A DNA stretch of 64,000 nt, taken from assembly GCA_964016885.1 (NCBI GenBank), contig OZ024748.1, positions 31,434,001 to 31,498,000 on the forward strand, written 5' to 3'. The position numbers were made by a program, and so were the translations under genes. Below are positions 43,001 to 57,670 of this stretch, piece after piece (position 1 is the first letter of the stretch; the number at the start of each line of letters is the position of its first letter). Under the pieces are notes generated by a model. It saw only the letters and a program-made list of their open reading frames with translations. It did no database searches and was not told the DNA's origin. This DNA is from Eledone cirrhosa (Eukaryota).

Positions 43001-45899
43001 GCATAAGCCCTTCTTCAGGTGAGAGTTCAAAAGGTGTGTAGGGGAGTGGTGGAGAGACATATAGCGAAAGGAAACGGTGCGAATGAAAAATTAACAAATA
43101 AAGACAAACAATTGTAGGAACACAGGCAAAGAATCATATACGGAAAAAAAAGCGGTACGGTAACAAAATCAAACAGAGGTAATGCGTGGAAGGAAAGACA
43201 AAGTGTGGGAAGGTGTGTAAAGTTCGGAGAAAGGTCACGGCGGATTAGATCGGGGTTGAGCCGGTTGTTAAGTTAAGTTCCAAGGATGGAGGCCGTGTGA
43301 GCGTGTGTTTTGTATAATGAAAAATTGAACAGGGACAGAACAGAGAGGCAGTACGACAAATGTTTATTAAATTCACGCTCAGGAGAGTGGAGGGTAGGTG
43401 GAGGACGACGTTTCGGGCATAAGCCCTTCTTCAGGTGAGAGTTCAAAAGGTGTGTAGGGGAGTGGTGGAGAGACATATAGCGAAAGGAAACGGTGCGAAT
43501 GAAAAATTAACAAATAAAGACAAGCAATTGTAGGAACACAGGCAAAGAATCATATACGGAAAAAAAAGGGGTACGGTAACAAAATCAAACAGAGGTAATG
43601 CGTGGAAGGAAAGACAAAGTGTGGGAAGGTGTGTAAAGTTCGGAGAAAGGTCACGGCGGATTAGATCGGGGTTGAGCCGGTTGTTAAGTTAAGTTCCAAG
43701 GATGGAGGCCGTGTGAGCGTGTGTTTTGTATAATGAAAAATTGAACAGGGACAGAACAGAGAGGCAGTACGACAAATGTATATTAAATTCACGCTCAGGA
43801 GAGTGGGGGGTAGGTGGAGGACGACGTTTCGGGCATAAGCCCTTCTTCAGGTGAGAGTTCAAAAGGTGTGTAGGGGAGTGGTGGAGAGACATATAGCGAA
43901 AGGAAACGGTGCGAATGAAAAATTAACAAATAAAGACAAACAATTGTAGGAACACAGGCAAAGAATCATATACGGAAAAAAAGGGGTACGGTAACAAAAT
44001 CAAACAGAGGTAATGCGTGGAAGGAAAGACAAAGTGTGGGAAGGTGTGTAAAGTTCGGAGAAAGGTCACGGCGGATTAGATCGGGGTTGAGCCGGTTGTT
44101 AAGTTAAGTTCCAAGGATGGAGGCCGTGTGAGCGTGTGTTTTGTATAATGAAAAATTGAACAGGGACAGAACAGAGAGGCAGTACGACAAATGTTTATTA
44201 AATTCACGCTCAGGAGAGTGGGGGGTAGGTGGAGGACGACGTTTCGGGCATAAGCCCTTCTTCAGGTGAGAGTTCAAAAGGTCTGTAGGGGAGTGGTGGA
44301 GAGACATATAGCGAAAGGAAACGGTGCGAATGAAAAATTAACAAATAAAGACAAACAATTGTAGGAACACAGGCAAAGAATCATATACGGAAAAAAAAGC
44401 GGTACGGTAACAAAATCAAACAGAGGTAATGCGTGGAAGGAAAGACAAAGTGTGGGAAGGTGTGTAAAGTTCGGAGAAAGGTCACGGCGGATTAGATCGG
44501 GGTTGAGCCGGTTGTTAAGTTAAGTTCCAAGGATGGAGGCCGTGTGAGCGTGTGTTTTGTATAATGAAAAATTGAACAGGGACATAACAGAGAGGCAGTA
44601 CGACAAATGTTTATTAAATTCACGCTCAGGAGAGTGGGGGGTAGGTGGAGGACGACGTTTCGGGCATAAGCCCTTCTTCAGGTGAGAGTTCAAAAGGTGT
44701 GTAGGGGAGTGGTGGAGAGACATATAGCGAAAGGAAACGGTGCGAATGAAAAATTAACAAATAAAGACAAACAATTGTAGGAACACAGGCAAAGAATCAT
44801 ATACGGAAAAAAAAGCGGTACGGTAACAAAATCAAACAGAGGTAATGCGTGGAAGGAAAGACAAAGTGTGGGAAGGTGTGTAAAGTTCGGAGAAAGGTCA
44901 CGGCGGATTAGATCGGGGTTGAGCCGGTTGTTAAGTTAAGTTCCAAGGATGGAGGCCGTGTGAGCGTGTGTTTTGTATAATGAAAAATTGAACAGGGACA
45001 GAACAGAGAGGCAGTACGACAAATGTTTATTAAATTCACGCCCAGGAGAGTGGGGGGTAGGTGGAGGACGACGTTTCGGGCATAAGCCCTTCTTCAGGTG
45101 AGAGTTCAAAAGGTGTGTAGGGGAGTGGTGGAGAGACATATAGCGAAAGGAAACGGTGCGAATGAAAAATTAACAAATAAAGACAAGCAATTGTAGGAAC
45201 ACAGGCAAAGAATCATATACGGAAAAAAAAGGGGTACGGTAACAAAATCAAACAGAGGTAATGCGTGGAAGGAAAGACAAAGTGTGGGAAGGTGTGTAAA
45301 GTTCGGAGAAAGGTCATGGCGGATTAGATCGGGGTTGAGCCGGTTGTTAAGTTAAGTTCCAAGGATGGAGGCCGTGTGAGCGTGTGTTTTGTATAATGAA
45401 AAATTGAACAGGGACAGAACAGAGAGGCAGTACGACAAATGTTTATTAAATTCACGCTCAGGAGAGTGGGGGGTAGGTGGAGGACGACGTTTCGGGCATA
45501 AGCCCTTCTTCAGGTGAGAGTTCAAAAGGTGTGTAGGGGAGTGGTGGAGAGACATATAGCGAAAGGAAACGGTGCGAATGAAAAATTAACAAATAAAGAC
45601 AAGCAATTGTAGGAACACAGGCAAAGAATCATATACGGAAAAAAAAGGGGTACGGTAACAAAATCAAACAGAGGTAATGCGTGGAAGGAAAGACAAAGTG
45701 TGGGAAGGTGTGTAAAGTTCGGAGAAAGGTCACGGCGGATTAGATCGGGGTTGAGCCGGTTGTTAAGTTAAGTTCCAAGGATGGAGGCCGTGTGAGCGTG
45801 TGTTTTGTATAATGAAAAATTGAACAGGGACAGAACAGAGAGGCAGTACGACAAATGTTTATTAAATTCACGCTCAGGAGAGTGGGGGGTAGGTGGAGG

Positions 45900-45931
45900 A
45901 CGACGTTTCGGGCATAAGCCCTTCTTCAGGT
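45900..45931 (-). ncRNA. Minimal type I hammerhead motif, family A (last copy in the array)
   Basis: Identical to 23-54, at the same offset in the monomer. Confidence 0.8.
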
Positions 45932-46140
45932 GAGAGTTCAAAAGGTGTGTAGGGGAGTGGTGGAGAGACATATAGCGAAAGGAAACGGTGCGAATGAAAA
46001 ATTAACAAATAAAGACAAACAATTGTAGGAACACAGACAAAGAATCATATACGGAAAAAAAAGGGGTACGGTAACAAAATCAAACAGAGGTAATGCGTGG
46101 AAGGAAAGACAAAGTGTGGGAAGGTGTGTAAAGTTCGGAG

Positions 46141-46191
46141 ATATATATATATATGTCTGTATATATATGTGTATATGTTTATATATATATG

Positions 46192-46224
<33 letters not shown>

Positions 46225-46271
46225 GTATATATATTTATATATATGTATATATATATATGTATATATATATC

Positions 46272-46302
<31 letters not shown>

Positions 46303-46325
46303 GTATATATATGTATATATATATG

Positions 46326-46361
<36 letters not shown>

Positions 46362-46366
46362 TATAT
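46141..46366. repeat. (TA)n microsatellite abutting the array end
   Basis: TA run with occasional G substitutions. Confidence 0.98.
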
Positions 46367-46495
46367 GGAAAGTTATATTTAAATTGTTGTGTTACAACTA
46401 GTAAATATTTATAACTGATATAAAAGCACTCAACAAGTATTTGGAGTATATTTACGATATTAAATAAATGGAAACTATATTTATAAAACCATATT

Positions 46496-46561
46496 TATTT
46501 CATTATATATATTTCAGGGATATCATATTAACAATATGTCATGCCTTCCTCAGACAAAATA
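46496..46561 (-). ncRNA. Type I hammerhead ribozyme, family B
   Basis: Reverse complement of 46719-46784 with one stem II substitution. Confidence 0.85.
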
Positions 46562-46718
46562 CAATATAGACAGTTTTATAGATAAATAGATTTGACATAC
46601 CGTTCAACATCGACATGTATTTGAAAAAGTTGATTTGGCAGTCAAATCAACTTTTTCAAATACAAGTCGATGTTGAACGGTATGTCAAATCTATTTATCT
46701 ATAAAACTGTCTATATTG

Positions 46719-46784
46719 TATTTTGTCTGAGGAAGGCATAACATATTGTTAATATGATATCCCTGAAATATATATAATGAAATA
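46719..46784 (+). ncRNA. Type I hammerhead ribozyme, family B
   Basis: tattttgt CTGAGGA aggcataacatatt gtt aatatgatatccct GAAA tatata TA^ atgaaata. Stem I is 8 bp (2 GU), stem II is long, stem III is palindromic, and the triplet is AUA. Confidence 0.85.
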
Positions 46785-46845
46785 AATATGGTTTTATAAA
46801 TATAGTTTCCATTTATTTAATATCGTATATATATATATATGTATT

Positions 46846-46932
<87 letters not shown>

Positions 46933-46984
46933 ATATATATATATACATATGTATTTATATATATATAAGTATTTATATATATAT

Positions 46985-47240
46985 ATATTATATTTAGAGT
47001 TATAAACTCAGACAGTCCGTTACAATTAATTAGCTCAAAGAAAGAAGCATTTCTGAGCCGTGATATACAAGTTAATATAAAATTAATATATAATAAACAC
47101 AAAAGTGTTTGTATTGTAAACGACGAAGTTAGCTAGAATGAAATAAACTAATTCAAATAAACATAGTTTGCCTGTCTCGATTTAAAATAATAAATCAATA
47201 AAAACAAACCCATATTGGCAAATAGCCGTGGTACCTGGAC
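46985..47240 (-). repeat. Dispersed AT-rich repeat fragment (family F), also at 62155-62415, 62712-63001 and inverted at 63235-63437
   Basis: Near-identical sequence ttagagttataaactc...gccgtggtacctggac at four places, bounded by (TA)n. Confidence 0.85.
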
Positions 47241-47244
47241 GTGG

Positions 47245-50635
<3,391 letters not shown>

Positions 50636-50677
50636 ACGATATTAAACAAATGGAAACTATATTTATAAAACCATATT

Positions 50678-50743
50678 TATTTCATTATCCATATTTCGGG
50701 GATACCATATTAAAAATATGGCATGCCTTCTTCAGATAAAATA
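50678..50743 (-). ncRNA. Type I hammerhead ribozyme, family B variant
   Basis: tattttat CTGAAGA aggcatgccatatt ttt aatatggtatcccc GAAA tatgga TA^ atgaaata. Several changes relative to 46719-46784 keep or improve pairing: GU to AU in stem I, and AA to CG in stem II. Confidence 0.85.
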
Positions 50744-52361
50744 CAATATATAAACAGTTTTATAAATAATTTTGACGTACCATAAATATTGATCAACTTT
50801 TATGTAAGAAGTTGGTTTGGTAGTGAAATGTTTATAAATATTTAGTGTTAAGCACAGTTAAAAAGAAAGACGGAGAAAAAGAAGAGATGTATGTAAAGAA
50901 AAACAGAGAGAAATAGAGAGAGATAGGGGAGAGAGAAATAGTGAGGAGGTGAAAAAAGAGAGGCAGCTGATGCAACAGATGAATAATAATAATTCATCAT
51001 ACAAATTGAGAGATTTAGGAGGGAAGGAGTACTGTACTTATTTAGTTATAGTGTTAAGGAGACGGAGAGAAATAAAAAATGAAGAGAAAACAGAGAGAGA
51101 GAAAAAGATAGAGGTGGGGGGAAAAAAGAGGTAGACCAAATAATAATAATTATTATATATGGGGAGGTGAGAGAAATAGGAGAGAAGTAAGAGAGAAAAC
51201 AAGAGAGAAACTGGAGAGGTAAAGTTAAAATAACCGATACTCAGACTTCATCAAATATAAAGAGGGAGGAGAAGAAAGAGCTATATCTAGAGAGAGGGAT
51301 GATAGATTTACATCTTTACGTTATGTCCTATCAATTTGAATTATCAATTCATATGAATTGGGTATTATCAATATTCATGAATGAGACATAGATATATAAT
51401 GTGTGAAAAATAATGACCATATGTTTAGTTTAAAATTCTGAGGTCGATGTACCAAAAACTGAGATAAAACTTCAAAAAAAACGGAAATAAATAAGTATAT
51501 ATGTACTTTCCGGAAAAGGAAAGAAAGAGAAAAAGAGAAGGTCATCTCAAGTTCTAGACATACCCATGATCTTACGTGATCAACTCTGTAATTTTGTGTT
51601 TCACATAAAAAAATTTTTTCCCTTGTGTTATAAAAGATTTTACTATATATATATACATAAAAAATATACATATATACATAAAAAATATATATTAATACTC
51701 CTGCCCTCACATACATGATTATCGTTCATGTATAGAATATTATGCATATCTGTAACAAATCCAGAGCTATACCCACACATACATATATATATATGTATGC
51801 ACACATATATGTGTACATGGACAGATAAAGTAAGCAGATAAAATAAAATATACTCTGTAATCATTCCATATTCATATTAATACATATGGCTTTTGTACAG
51901 AGACAACCAGATATTAATATATCAGCACAGAGATATCAAAACGTTAAAAATATTTTCATCACTCCCTAGAGTATCTAGGGCCGTAAAAAACACAGTATGC
52001 ACCCCATATCAACCACAGAAATCTACCCTTCCAATTTATCTGACAATATATTGCCAAGTTCATTAGAAGCAATCAGAATCAAAAAGCAAACAAAAAACCA
52101 AAAATTATTCAACAAAACTTATTTAGCAGAAATCATTTTAAAGATTTAGGAGACCCTGTTGTTCTACAGATGTCTTATATTTAGTATAGAAGTTTATCTA
52201 GCGTAAAATTTATTCAATAGATTGGGAGCATCTACATTTTAGGGTAGTTTAATTACATCATTAGTATATATTTATGAAGAAGGTTTAAAAGAAAAAGTTG
52301 AAGGAATCGAAAGATTTATCGTCAGGTTTCATACATTAATTAAATATCTTAACTAATTATA

Positions 52362-52739
52362 CTACATTTTAAATTTATATTTATATTTAAACGTTGAGTT
52401 CAATCTATGTCTGCAGCAACTGAATAAATTGCTCCTTAAATTAAGGAAATTTTTAGATTTTAATATAAAGAATACCTCCTCCACACAGAGGTCACATGTC
52501 TCAGATGAGGAATTAAAAGGAATCCCCCTTGAGACAATATTCCAAAACATCGAATACCCAACGTTATCATGTTTAAGTTGCCAGAGTAAGCCTGATAGTG
52601 AAGTTGAAGGTTTCTTGTTTGGATCTGTGAAAGAATTCTTATGATTATTGTAACGAAGTTTAAATTCTGTCGAGGTGGAACCAACATAGTTAAAAGAATT
52701 TAAGTTAGTTTTAACATTACAATTGTATATTATATTTTT
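52362..52739 (-). pseudogene. GIY-YIG endonuclease C-terminal fragment of a Naiad-type Penelope-like element
   Basis: My translation is KNIIYNCNVKTNLNSFNYVGSTSTEFKLRYNNHKNSF...STSLS..LWQLK...WNIV...CDLCVEEVFFI...LNLRSNLFSCCRH. It has the IIY/YVG motifs, the catalytic Arg, CxxC..E and the terminal CRH. It is frameshifted and truncated upstream of ~52745. Confidence 0.9.
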
Positions 52740-52790
52740 ATATTTTTAACTAAGCAATTGTTATTTAACGTTATTATTTACTTGTTGTAC

Positions 52791-52977
52791 TTGTCGGATT
52801 GGCAGTATCGGTAGAGGGTCGGACGCCATGCTTTCCAGCATAGTTACGTCCCTTTACGATCTGAGTTCAAATCCCGCCGAGGTTGACTTTGCCTTTCATC
52901 CTTACGGGGTCCATAAAATAAAGTACCAGTAATGCACTGGGTAATTGCTGGCCTTGTGCCTAAAGTAGAAACAATTA
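52791..52977 (+). mobile_element. tRNA-derived SINE resembling octopus SINE families
   Basis: A-box-like TGGCAGTATCGG (52800) and B-box GAGTTCAAATCCC (52863). The body gccgaggttgactttgcctttcatcct..ggggtc.ataaaataaagtaccagt...ggccttgtgcctaaagtagaaa is recognised from memory, not by search. Flanking near-duplication taacgttaYtatttacttgttgta at 52766 and 52986. Confidence 0.8.
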
Positions 52978-53037
52978 TTTACTTGTAACGTTACTATTTA
53001 CTTGTTGTAACCCAACAATTTTAAATAAAACTTTTGC

Positions 53038-53972
<935 letters not shown>

Positions 53973-54070
53973 TATTGAAATTTCAGTTAGAAACAGAAAA
54001 GGTCATAGAAATGAAGAGTGCTCTATGTCAGTATCAGAGCAAAATTTAATGTATAAAATCAATACAATAT

Positions 54071-54150
54071 TATTACCTCATTACCAGAGGTTTCCCGAAT
54101 GAGGCGAATACGAAATAAACGACTTCATTCGTTCGTCAGACGAGGCAATA
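54071..54150 (-). ncRNA. Type I hammerhead ribozyme, family C
   Basis: Reverse complement of 55493-55572. Confidence 0.9.
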
Positions 54151-55492
54151 TAAAACATGGGCAAATACTTAGAAAAACACATCAAGAAAATCAAAAAAAT
54201 ATATAGATAAATGAAATAGAAATTGAAATATATAAAAATCTATCAAGAAAAATAGTTAGGTGTGTGTATGTGTATGTATATACGCTCACAGATGTGCATA
54301 TATGTATATGTGTACATGTAAATGTATGGTTAGAAAGTGTGCGTAATTATAAAAATAAAAGTTTAGGGCAAATGTATCTATATGTCTGTATTATGCAGAC
54401 GGAAATCTATTTTTTACTTCCCCTTCTTTTACTTCCCTTTTTCCTCTACTAACTGATTATACTTGTCTTTTGTGTTTTTCAATCCAGATATATTTCTCAT
54501 TTTTATTTTTATTTTATTTTTGCGCAGCCTATCTTACAATTTTATATTTGTATTTATTTATCCACATTTCAATATGGCTGAACGCCTTAATGTGTGTATA
54601 ATTTTTTTTTTTTTTTTTTTTTATATGTAGATGAGTGACTACGTATGTGCGCGCGCGTGCGTGCATGTATGTGTATATATATATATATATGTACGTGTAT
54701 GTATGCGTGTACTGGTGTTTGTGTGTGTGCGTGTGTGTATATTATGCGTATGTGTAAGTGTCTTTATATCCGTGTTTTTGATATTTCGGTTTTATATTTT
54801 TTTGTTTGTTTCTTGCTTTTTTCTTCTCCCCCCCCTTCCCTCTTCTGTTATTTACCCAGTTTCATACATGGGCATGCAAACAGGTTTATATGCGCGAGTA
54901 TAAGTATGTGTGTGTGTGTGTGTCTGTATGTACGTATCGAACGCATGGAAGTGTAAGCGCGTGTGTGTATATAAGCATAATTATTTTTACATTTCTTTTG
55001 TGAGACACGCGTGTCTGTGTATGTATGTACCCCCGCTTTTTTTGTTTTCTTTAATTTTTCTTTCTATCTTGTCTTTCTAATTTATCGTTACTATATTTTT
55101 ATAAATATATCGTAATAGATACTTTTCTTTTATTTATTATACTCTCTTCATCTCCTTACTTTCCGTATCTAAATGTACGAGTGTCCAGCCGTTTTTTATG
55201 CGCGCGACTTTATTTTCTTATTTTTACGAAGTAACCATTTCCGTCTGCATAATACAGACATATAGATACATTTGCCCTAAACTTTTATTTTTATAATTAC
55301 GCACACTTTCTAACCATACATTTACATGTACACATATACATATATGCACATCTGTGAGCGTATATACATACACATACACACACCTAACTATTTTTCTTGA
55401 TAGATTTTTATATATTTCAATTTCTATTTCATTTATCTATATATTTTTTTGATTTTCTTGATGTGTTTTTCTAAGTATTTGCCCATGTTTTA

Positions 55493-55572
55493 TATTGCCT
55501 CGTCTGACGAACGAATGAAGTCGTTTATTTCGTATTCGCCTCATTCGGGAAACCTCTGGTAATGAGGTAATA
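55493..55572 (+). ncRNA. Type I hammerhead ribozyme, family C
   Basis: tattgcctcgt CTGACGA a cgaatga..tcattcg g GAAA cc tct gg TA^ atgaggtaata. Stem I is 11 bp, stem II is 7 bp, stem III is 3 bp, and the triplet is GUA. Confidence 0.9.
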
Positions 55573-55592
55573 ATATTGTATTGATTTTATAC

Positions 55593-55665
<73 letters not shown>

Positions 55666-55943
55666 ATATATATATATATATGTATGTCTGTATATATATA
55701 TATATGTACATATATATGTCTGTATATATATATATATATATAGTATGTAGATAAATCTACCAAAAGTTTACGGTTGTGTCCAATCCGTATGAAGAACTCA
55801 ATGTAATCCGGATATCATGGAAAGAAGAGATGCATTCAAAAATCACTTTCGGTGAAAGATAAACGGAATACAGAGTCACGATAAAATATTAAAAAAATAA
55901 TGAATAAAACAATGAAACAGTTCCTTATATTAAACAAAAAAAG

Positions 55944-56086
55944 TTCATTATTTAACGATCGTTTCTAGGACATATATGTGTTAGAATTGGCATGCATATT
56001 CAAAAGATCTATGTACAAAATTATACAAACTATCAAAGAGAATATACATACCATCACATATATATGCTGTCTTCAGAAATAATGAA
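55944..56086 (-). ncRNA. Type I hammerhead ribozyme, family D (extended stem II)
   Basis: Reverse complement of 57179-57321. Confidence 0.8.
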
Positions 56087-56863
56087 GTATATTTATTGAT
56101 AATAACAACAATTCAAAATTACAGGTCTGTTTGGTAACAGATTTTAAATAGACCAATAAAATACATAAAAATAAATCAAGAAAATACAGTTAGGTGTGTG
56201 TATATATGCAAGTAACTTCGTTCACAGATATGGATAAAAATGTATGTTCACATGCATACACATGTGGAAAAAGTGTATGTAAATATAAAAATTCAGGGCT
56301 AATGTCTCTGTATGTCTATAATCCACAGACAAAATATACATACATATACATATATATATACACACATATATACATACATATACATACATTCATACACACA
56401 CACGCATATATACTTAAACACACACATACCTACGAACACACACACATATATACACACACACACACACACACATACGTATATATTATTATTATAACTATAT
56501 GGATATTGAGGCGCACACATAAACACGGCCACACACACTTACATCTAGATGCAGAATTAAAAGGAGGTAAGGGAGTAAGTAATTAAGGAGGGTGTCAGAC
56601 TCAGCATATTTATAAAAATGTATCTATAAATTTAGAAATAAAAAGAAATATAATAAAAGAAATATAATAAAAACATAAAAAAACATAAAAGAGAGACATA
56701 AAATATACATGCTTATATACATACGCACATTTACACATCCATACGTTCGATACATACATACGTACACACACACACATACACATACTTAACGTCACGCATA
56801 TTAACCTGTTTGTATGCATATACATAAAACCAAGTAAAACATATACTCATACATATAAATACA

Positions 56864-56920
<57 letters not shown>

Positions 56921-57178
56921 GCACAACACACATATATACATATATGTGTGTTGTGCCCTGAATTAGCCCTGAATTTTTATATTTACATACACTTTTTCGA
57001 CATGCGTATCCATGTGAACATACATTTTTATGCATATCTGTGAACTAAGTTACTTGCATATATACACACACCTAACTGTATTTTCTTGATGAATTTTTAT
57101 GTATTTCATTGGTCTATTTAAAATCTGTTCCCAAACAGACCTGTAATTTTGAATTGTTGTTATTATCAATAAATATAC

Positions 57179-57321
57179 TTCATTATTTCTGAAGACAGCA
57201 TATATATGTGATGGTATGTATATTCTCTTTGATAGTCTGTATAATTTTGTACATAGATCTTTTGAATATGCATGCCAATTCTAACACATATATGTCCTAG
57301 AAACGATCGTTAAATAATGAA
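57179..57321 (+). ncRNA. Type I hammerhead ribozyme, family D (extended stem II)
   Basis: ttcattattt CTGAAGA [~104-nt hairpin including tggtatgtatattc/gaatatgcatgcca] GAAA cgatcg TT^ aaataatgaa. Stem I is a perfect 10 bp, stem III is palindromic, and the triplet is GUU. Confidence 0.8.
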
Positions 57322-57670
57322 CTTTTTTTGTTTAATATAAGGAACTGTTTCATTGTTTTATTCATTATTTTTTTAATATTTTATCTTGACTCTGTATTCC
57401 GTTTATCTTTCACCGAAAGTGATTTTTGAATGCATCTCTTCTTTCCATGATATCCGGATTACATTGAGTTCTTCATACGGATTGGACACTACCGTAAACT
57501 TTTGGTAGATTTATCTACATAATTTGCTCCTATTTTCACGGAAATATTCTTATTTTTGTATTGTATATGTGTGTTAATTTTATATTTATGTATATTCATA
57601 TATATGTATGATTTTATAACTCCATATACATTTAGTTGAGCTCTTTCTCTTGTCCATTATCCATATCACA

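Larger units (their letters stand above)
1..46141 (-). repeat. Tandem array (satellite) of a ~416-bp hammerhead-bearing monomer, ~110 copies
   Basis: The period of 415-417 bp is seen directly: equivalent ORF ends fall at 307, 723, 1138 ... 45768. I count 109 such units plus a partial first unit, and copies differ by only a few substitutions. The + strand is purine-rich. The array ends at ...agttcggag|atatat. Strand is assigned from the ribozyme and AATAAA orientation. Confidence 0.99.
46367..46827. mobile_element. Fold-back pair of Penelope-like pLTR fragments (family B); near-perfect palindrome 46453-46827
   Basis: Arms of ~185 bp are symmetric about 46640 (gatttg gcagt caaatc) with few mismatches, and each arm holds one HHR. 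Confidence 0.85.
54047..55596 (+). mobile_element. Non-coding PLE 3' fragment with 360-bp inverted pLTRs (54047-54406 / 55237-55596), family C
   Basis: The arms are exact reverse complements by eye and each carries an HHR. The interior (54870-55000) is homologous to the 3' UTR at 60240-60370. Confidence 0.85.

Noticed and set aside
307-45971. Repeated 67-aa ORF (MSLHHSPTHLL...) as a multicopy gene
   Set aside because: It has no recognisable domain and overlaps the hammerhead, which would cut its message. Stops and frameshifts occur in several copies, and most variants are non-synonymous. Its persistence is explained by array homogeneity.
1-46141. CRISPR array or tandem 5S/tRNA/snRNA gene cluster
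   Set aside because: There are no unique spacers and no recognisable structural-RNA sequence. gagttcaaaagg only partly resembles a Pol III B-box and has no convincing A-box.
50860-51300. 61-aa Lys/Glu-rich ORF at 50949-51134
   Set aside because: Low-complexity purine tract, antisense to a pyrimidine-rich PLE 3' UTR.
52280-52335. CTGACGA / ATGA..AAA on the minus strand after the GIY-YIG stop as an HHR or SECIS
   Set aside because: There is no downstream stem II-GAAA and no complementary SECIS helix.
54047-55596. MITE / DNA transposon with 360-bp terminal inverted repeats
   Set aside because: The arms contain hammerheads and the interior matches a PLE 3' UTR, so inverted pLTRs are the better explanation.
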